Of a stretch of DNA of 31,937 bases, positions 26,252 through 31,937 are shown piece by piece. The stretch is from a virus (taxonomy: Duplodnaviria; Caudoviricetes): IMG/VR virus record IMGVR_UViG_3300027896_000139, positions 1 through 31,937 of that record; one strand, given 5' to 3'. Position 1 is the first letter of the stretch, and every line of letters starts with the position of its first letter. The notes beneath the pieces were generated by a model. That model was not told where the DNA came from. It worked only from the letters and a program-made list of their open reading frames with translations, and searched no databases. The translations under genes and the position numbers were made by a program.

Positions 26252-27092
26252 TGATAAGATCTTTCCAGTATTGCATTTTAAGCTTGTCTAAATTGTAACT
26301 TTTATTGCCGCTGTAAAAGTTAGGTATTTGACTTTTACAAAAATCTAATGTAACATCTTCCCACTTATCAATAAACAATATTGGTAAATCGGTAAAGTTT
26401 CTAAATGCTGTATTTGCTTCTACTATTGGTACCGCACCCATATATAAAGACTCCCAAATTCGGTGGCAATCCACCCCATTACCTGGTGGTGATATAACAA
26501 ACACACTCTTTGACACCCTCCGGAGATATTCAGTATGTGGCTGATTTGAATCCATAAAGATTTTATTACCGTGGGTTATTTGATTAATTTTGTTACGGGC
26601 GTTTTGATTTGTGTTTATATCAAAATTTTTATAAACTAAATTTTCTTTCTTGTTGTGTTCATTTATAACGGATAAAATGTTTTCTAAATTACCGTGTGGC
26701 CATTGCCTATTAGCAATACCAATTGGTAAAGGTGTAAGTTTTGGGTGATCTAACACCGCATTTTGTGCATACCAATGAATAAGTTTACTATCTTCTAAGT
26801 ACTGAGTAAATTTGCTGTCAACAGGGTAATCAGTATTGTGTGAGATAATCTTTATTGGGTTGGTAATCTTTGGCCAAGTGGTGTTGAAAAATAACTCTAA
26901 ATCATGGCCATATACATACACAATATTTTCATCATCTTCTAAGTAGAATTTAGATACATCTCTTAAAACCGTTTTGGTGTTTTTAAGTTGATTGGGTATA
27001 TTACTATTGTTAGTACCAAAAAAGGTTACATGAGCTATTTCTTGTAACCTTTCTCCAGAAATAAAGTCATTTAATTCCAGTACGAATTCCAT
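26244..27092 (-). CDS. Exostosin/GT47-like glycosyltransferase
   Basis: HN.D, WYAQN, PLPIG, FVISPPGNGVDCHRIWESLYMGAVPIV. Confidence 0.75.
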   Translation of the reverse strand: MEFVLELNDFISGERLQEIAHVTFFGTNNSNIPNQLKNTKTVLRDVSKFYLEDDENIVYVYGHDLELFFNTTWPKITNPIKIISHNTDYPVDSKFTQYLEDSKLIHWYAQNAVLDHPKLTPLPIGIANRQWPHGNLENILSVINEHNKKENLVYKNFDINTNQNARNKINQITHGNKIFMDSNQPHTEYLRRVSKSVFVISPPGNGVDCHRIWESLYMGAVPIVEANTAFRNFTDLPILFIDKWEDVTLDFCKSQIPNFYSGNKSYNLDKLKMQYWKDLING

Positions 27093-27811
27093 AAATGCAC
27101 GCAGATTGTTTTGATGTTGATATATTTTGTGTAATCAGTACCATCGTTTCTATCCTTATCAAAGTTAGGGTAAGGGTAAAAATAAGCAACTGGTAATACT
27201 GCAATATTATCTAGCTCATTTATTTTCTTAAAGAGCCTCTTTGTTAGGTACCAAGGACCAGTGGTCTTAATAATGTCCATTCCATCGTTACTTGAAACGT
27301 TATCAAAGTTGTTGAGGTCTTCAAGTAATGGGTGGTTTGGAATGCAGCCAATTAAACCATTAAACACTATTGGCTCTTTATCATAAGCAACACCAGTAAA
27401 GAAATCTAAATGAAGCAATTCATCAAATGACTTTATACCAATGAAATCAGTATCAAGATATATACCGCCAAACTCTTGTAAAATAGCGTATCTTAAAATA
27501 TCAGAACGTTGTCCGTGGTTAGTACATTTTTTGAAAAGTTCTTTGTTTTTAAAATTGTAGTTTTTAGCCTCATCTTCTGTCCAAAGACGGTGCTCATAGC
27601 CCGGATTAGTCTCTTTAATAGAGTCTATACACTTCCATAGTTCATTTGGAATACCATCTCCTAACCAAATTTGGTGGATAATTTTTGGTATTTTTTGCGG
27701 GGCTTGCTTGTTAATATTCTGTTCGTAAAGTTGTTCAATAACTGCCCACTTTTCCGGTAAATTCTTTTGTGCATAGTTCGAACTTGTACACATTAAGTCA
27801 CTAAAATTCAT
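27071..27811 (-). CDS. GT32 / Och1-like DxD glycosyltransferase
   Basis: IPKIIHQIWLG, RSDILRYAIL..FGGIYLDTD, TTGP, HLW. Confidence 0.88.
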   Translation of the reverse strand: MNFSDLMCTSSNYAQKNLPEKWAVIEQLYEQNINKQAPQKIPKIIHQIWLGDGIPNELWKCIDSIKETNPGYEHRLWTEDEAKNYNFKNKELFKKCTNHGQRSDILRYAILQEFGGIYLDTDFIGIKSFDELLHLDFFTGVAYDKEPIVFNGLIGCIPNHPLLEDLNNFDNVSSNDGMDIIKTTGPWYLTKRLFKKINELDNIAVLPVAYFYPYPNFDKDRNDGTDYTKYINIKTICVHLWNSYWN

Positions 27812-27846
27812 ATATTTATATATATGCGACTAAACGCAAATCAAGT

Positions 27847-28569
27847 TTACCACGTTATAAGCACGTTATTAGGATGTGTTTGTGGTGTTTCAGGAAAAAT
27901 TTTTATTTTCTTAGTGCAAACCGTTTGTAATTCAAAATGTTTATAACCGCGTTGATTGTTATAAATCATGTATCCATGGTTTGAATTGTTAATGTATTTT
28001 TTTATGTAAATATCTTGAATTTCTACATCACATTCTGAAAATGCGTAATTACTAATGACTAAATCAGATTGTGTATTTTGAATATTCTCTGGTGTTACAA
28101 ACTGTAAATCAATATCATTAAACCCTGCTTTGGTAATGTACTTTTTTAATAACATTAGTGGTTCAGCAAGATCTATAAATGTATATTTTTTTGGTGTAAA
28201 CAATTTTCTTATAAGTGTGTATTGGCCACCGTAACCACAACCTATTTCAACAATTTCTTTACCATTTAAATCTATTTGGGAAAGATCACTTAAAATTTTA
28301 GCATATCTAAGAGTTGTAGAGGAATATGTACCAAAGTAATAATTGTGTTTTACGGGTCCGCCAATGCTATCAAACGTAACGCTTGGAAGTAGGTCACGTA
28401 CTTTTTGCGTTGTATGTTTATAATATTCTGCACCTTCCTCAAACGTAACATGCTCTAATATTTCATTATAGGTTGGATTTGTTTTAAAATTTGCAAATAC
28501 AAAATCATCTGTAGCTGCCAACTTACAAAATTCAGGGTATTTGTCGTTATTTGATGTTGAAGTACTCAT
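27847..28569 (-). CDS. SAM-dependent methyltransferase, putative sugar O-methyltransferase
   Basis: TTLRY, IVEIGCGYGG, DLVISNYAFSEC. Confidence 0.8.
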   Translation of the reverse strand: MSTSTSNNDKYPEFCKLAATDDFVFANFKTNPTYNEILEHVTFEEGAEYYKHTTQKVRDLLPSVTFDSIGGPVKHNYYFGTYSSTTLRYAKILSDLSQIDLNGKEIVEIGCGYGGQYTLIRKLFTPKKYTFIDLAEPLMLLKKYITKAGFNDIDLQFVTPENIQNTQSDLVISNYAFSECDVEIQDIYIKKYINNSNHGYMIYNNQRGYKHFELQTVCTKKIKIFPETPQTHPNNVLITW

Positions 28570-29306
28570 AAACTAAATCTTAAATCAACATCATCTTTAC
28601 CTGGATTTAACTTCCACATCCCCTCTTTTTCAGGAAAAATAATTGTTTTATGGTTGCCTAAAAACGCTGCCCACCATGAAAAGGATGATTGTGATAGTGC
28701 TATGTTCTCACTTTGTAAAAGGGTGTTAAAATCATTCATAGATCTGCTATCACTTACCGGGTTAAACGTATTTACATATCCTTCAGAATTAAGTGTGCAC
28801 CCTTCTTTTAGCAAACGCTTTATAGTTTCACAATTAGAATTATCTGTCGCTAAAATAACATCCTTAAAATTGAACCCAGATTGTTTTATTGTGTTGTAAT
28901 AATAGTCAAAACCAAGAAATTTATTAAGTCCAATGTAGTCTGTTTCTCTGATATGTACCACTAATTTACCTTTGTTTATCACATTATCTTCTATAGAGAA
29001 CAGGTTTCTAAGAACGTTACGGTGCGGTATATAGTATTGGGATTTCTGCACAAATGAATCGACCACTATATCCCTTTTAGTGGTCATTAATTCGTTCATA
29101 TCAACGTAATTATCGCCGTAGCTACGGGTAAATATAGGCATGGCTGCCAAATTACTATCTTTATAGTTTGGTGGTATATTAAAGTTTGGTAATCCAGGTG
29201 ATATAAGAGGAACGTTACGTTGTTTTGCTAACAAATAGGCAAATGCATATTGAAACATTCTGTTACCCATTCTACCCCATTCATCATATTGCACATAAAC
29301 ACTCAT
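28566..29306 (-). CDS. GT11 alpha-1,2-fucosyltransferase-like protein
   Basis: GRMGNRMFQYA, VHIRETDY, SSFSWWAAFL. Confidence 0.85.
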   Translation of the reverse strand: MSVYVQYDEWGRMGNRMFQYAFAYLLAKQRNVPLISPGLPNFNIPPNYKDSNLAAMPIFTRSYGDNYVDMNELMTTKRDIVVDSFVQKSQYYIPHRNVLRNLFSIEDNVINKGKLVVHIRETDYIGLNKFLGFDYYYNTIKQSGFNFKDVILATDNSNCETIKRLLKEGCTLNSEGYVNTFNPVSDSRSMNDFNTLLQSENIALSQSSFSWWAAFLGNHKTIIFPEKEGMWKLNPGKDDVDLRFSL

Positions 29307-29321
29307 AATTGTGAGGGAGGG

Positions 29322-30152
29322 TTACCAATAGCAGCCATTTTCCACCATATTTCTTTTTTCTGGCTTTTCTGACTCAAGTGGATCAGTCCAGTGTTCATTA
29401 AAGAAAGGTTGAAACTCTTTAATTTCTCTCCATCTTTGACCTTTTACACCAAATAAAATTTGTGTTGAACCTCCAAGATGAATACCTGCTTTACCCATAC
29501 GCTTACATTCAGCAGTAAACAATAATGATGTATAACCGGTGCCAAATATACCTACATCGAAATCCTCTTTACGTAAAATGTCTAAATACTTTTTGTAAAT
29601 TTGATCAGATGCACTATATAAAGGGTTGGAATGTATTTTTAATGCGAAAGGATATTTGATGGTCTTTAATTCAAAATTTGGTTTTATTTTACTATTCCAA
29701 ATTTTGTCTATGTTTTTAAAATTGTTTTGTATAGAATCAGCAAACGGGCTCATTACTAATACTTTCTTACCTTTAAGTTGATCTGTCCAAGGCTTATCAA
29801 AAAAGTATGGTTCTAAATGCTGTAATTCAGTAATATGGGCTTGTGCGCAATAATGTTCAAATATATAGCTTTCAAAAATTGGGTTCACTTTATTCCATTT
29901 AGGAATAAGGTCAACTTCTTTTAAAGCTTCTCTCATATCACGACCGAATTGTTTTGTTGTTTCTACATTGTATGGGACTAGCCCAGCAATATCTTCCACC
30001 TCATGTTGTAAATGTGGTAAAAACCTCGATGCATTTAACAGATTATAATCGCAGTATAATAAGTTAAGTTCTGTTACCCCGATCTTACCTGCACATAGAG
30101 GTATTCCAGTTTTAAGATAATGGGAGATAAAATTATTGCCATCAATTAGCAT
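29322..30152 (-). CDS. Conserved hypothetical protein of glycan gene clusters
   Basis: GKIG.TE, EPY...PW...LKGKKVLV.SPF, HLGG.TQ.LFG.KG.RW, ENGCYW. Confidence 0.7.
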   Translation of the reverse strand: MLIDGNNFISHYLKTGIPLCAGKIGVTELNLLYCDYNLLNASRFLPHLQHEVEDIAGLVPYNVETTKQFGRDMREALKEVDLIPKWNKVNPIFESYIFEHYCAQAHITELQHLEPYFFDKPWTDQLKGKKVLVMSPFADSIQNNFKNIDKIWNSKIKPNFELKTIKYPFALKIHSNPLYSASDQIYKKYLDILRKEDFDVGIFGTGYTSLLFTAECKRMGKAGIHLGGSTQILFGVKGQRWREIKEFQPFFNEHWTDPLESEKPEKRNMVENGCYW

Positions 30153-30930
30153 TTACGTATTTTATAAACGTACCAGTTTTACTCCACCACGTATTGGGGC
30201 CAAGCAATTCACTCACATGTATTGTATCTCTATTGTCTTGCACTTTTTTCCAACGCTCTAACAGCCCTTCATAACCCTGATAATAAAGCTCTTTGAACTT
30301 TACATCGTCTTCAAAGTAGTAAGCATAGTGATTAAAACGTTGAGGTAGTAGATAACCTGGACCGTTATTACCTTCTAGTTTAGGTGGTTCGTGTGTAACA
30401 AACATCTCACCTTTCCAATCCCATAAACGTCTATATGGCTCTATCTTACCTTCACCCCACTGACCAAACACTTGTTGGCCTTTACCAACAAAGTAATTGC
30501 AGTAAAAGCACCCAGTTTTGCCTTTATTTTTGATAAGCATTTGTTCAGCACTTTCAAGCTGTTCTTTTGTCCATTGTTCATCAACATCAATTTGCCATAA
30601 CATACAATCTGTTATTTTTAAAACATTTTTCAAAGCACTAATTGCTGCGTTTACTTGTTCGTCTTTGTTTTGCCAAGGTTTACCTGTTTGTCTAACTATA
30701 TGCAACTTTTCATCTTTAATGGAGTTTAAAAATTCTGTTGTACCATCGTTAGAGAGATAATTGTTGTGTATTGAACCTGGTAAATTTTTACACCAAGATG
30801 TGGACCCCGTTGGTAATGATACACCTTCTACCACAACCCAATAATCAAAATTATTTTTAATGGTTTGATAATAGTTGTTATGTACAAGGTGTCTATAACC
30901 GTTTAAAATAATTGTGAATGCAACTCTCAT
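30142..30930 (-). CDS. GT-A (GT2-like) glycosyltransferase
   Basis: VVVEG...SNDGT.E.L, WQIDVDEQW (DxD), HYAY. Confidence 0.7.
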   Translation of the reverse strand: MRVAFTIILNGYRHLVHNNYYQTIKNNFDYWVVVEGVSLPTGSTSWCKNLPGSIHNNYLSNDGTTEFLNSIKDEKLHIVRQTGKPWQNKDEQVNAAISALKNVLKITDCMLWQIDVDEQWTKEQLESAEQMLIKNKGKTGCFYCNYFVGKGQQVFGQWGEGKIEPYRRLWDWKGEMFVTHEPPKLEGNNGPGYLLPQRFNHYAYYFEDDVKFKELYYQGYEGLLERWKKVQDNRDTIHVSELLGPNTWWSKTGTFIKYVNAN

Positions 30931-31610
30931 TTATATGTCCATTTATTACGAAAGGTTGGTGTTGGTTGACCGGGCTTTCTTATTAAAATTTTATCGCTTT
31001 GTATGTTTAATTGTTCAACTAAATTAGCCATTGCACTATCTACTAACACTAAATAACGTGCGTTTTCTAATATTTTTCTCCAATCAAAAATATTATGTTT
31101 TTCGTTGAGTTCAATTACTTGCTTATCTGTTTGAATATCAAAGTTTACTCTACCTTTAGAGTGATTCAACCCAATTACTATGTATTTGTCCTGTTTAACG
31201 TAAAGATTGTAAAGATCGTTTTCTTTTTCAATATCCCTCACATAACTTAATTGCCATTTTTTATCAAACGGTACATTAGCTTTTCTATATTTAAATTCAT
31301 CAAACTTTTCCGGTCCAAACCCGTCACCTAATTTAACATACTCCTCTGTACATTTACTGCCTGGAAACGTTGCTGCAACGTCAACATAATCATCTATTAC
31401 GTAACTGTAAGCTTCTAAAATACATCTATAAACATCATTTGTTACTGGCTTAAACTCTACATAATCAACAACATGTTGCATCATATCTTTGTAAATGTTG
31501 TTTACAGGCCATATAACCCTATAACCAAGATCTTTATAATGTTTAGCAATAGGTAAGCAGATAATTAAATCACCCAATCTACCTGGTTGTATTATTGTTA
31601 TAGTCTTCAA
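30927..31610 (-). CDS. GT9-like glycosyltransferase
   Basis: GRLGDLIICLPIAK, LVDSAMANL; TTG start. Confidence 0.6.
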   Translation of the reverse strand: MKTITIIQPGRLGDLIICLPIAKHYKDLGYRVIWPVNNIYKDMMQHVVDYVEFKPVTNDVYRCILEAYSYVIDDYVDVAATFPGSKCTEEYVKLGDGFGPEKFDEFKYRKANVPFDKKWQLSYVRDIEKENDLYNLYVKQDKYIVIGLNHSKGRVNFDIQTDKQVIELNEKHNIFDWRKILENARYLVLVDSAMANLVEQLNIQSDKILIRKPGQPTPTFRNKWTYK

Positions 31611-31937
31611 TTGCTTTCCTTAGTTTGTTTAACTCTTGTTCAAATTCAGATTTATATTGAATAGCCCAGTCATTATTATCCCAAATACCTTTCCTTAATG
31701 CTTCTAAGTTATCAGATACTTGATCCATTTTACCATTAGTTTCACTAAAATGCAAATGTTTTATTAAAATATCATGCCTATATATTTTACGTTTTAAGTT
31801 GGTAAAAATAGCATCGCACCACGTGTCTTGGTGAATGTTTATAACGTACGGTTCTACAAAATAACCAACTGTTTTTACATAATTTTCATGCACAAAAAAG
31901 TTAACCGGGAATGGTTGCACGTTCTGGTATTTGTTAC
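31579..31937 (-). CDS. C-terminal part of a probable GT2-like glycosyltransferase (truncated by the window edge)
   Basis: G.F....DTW.....HLH pattern; context in the glycan cluster. Confidence 0.5.
   Translation of the reverse strand, partial: NKYQNVQPFPVNFFVHENYVKTVGYFVEPYVINIHQDTWCDAIFTNLKRKIYRHDILIKHLHFSETNGKMDQVSDNLEALRKGIWDNNDWAIQYKSEFEQELNKLRKAIEDYNNNTTR

Noticed and set aside
1-31937. Stop-codon reassignment, tRNA genes
   Set aside because: Genes are intact and densely packed under the standard code, with TAA, TGA and TAG all used as stops. No cloverleaf was seen by eye (tRNAscan not run).

Overview
AT-rich segment of a large T4-like tailed phage genome. Left part (+ strand): the end of a Thr-Pro-Ser repeat protein, then a rearranged head module (gp20 portal, gp13 neck, gp4, gp21 protease, gp67-like peptide, gp22 scaffold, gp23 capsid). 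Next comes a convergent three-gene cassette: a TGT/DpdA-fold protein, a P-loop kinase and a true QueF reductase. This is the best candidate for an undescribed system, a preQ1-type 7-deazaguanine DNA modification that may act on nucleotide precursors. The middle holds a gp5-like spike, Hsp20, a class Id-like ribonucleotide reductase with a free-standing HNH/NUMOD3 endonuclease between its two genes, three proteins with capsid-targeting-like leaders, a DinG-like helicase, and GroES-like, gp62-like, AbrB-like and DUF366-like genes. The right end is an approximately 8 kb glycan-biosynthesis cluster that runs off the window. Many genes have TAAATA or TATAAT 5-9 nt before the start codon and no Shine-Dalgarno, suggesting leaderless mRNAs. 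All family calls are motif recognition by eye; no searches were run.
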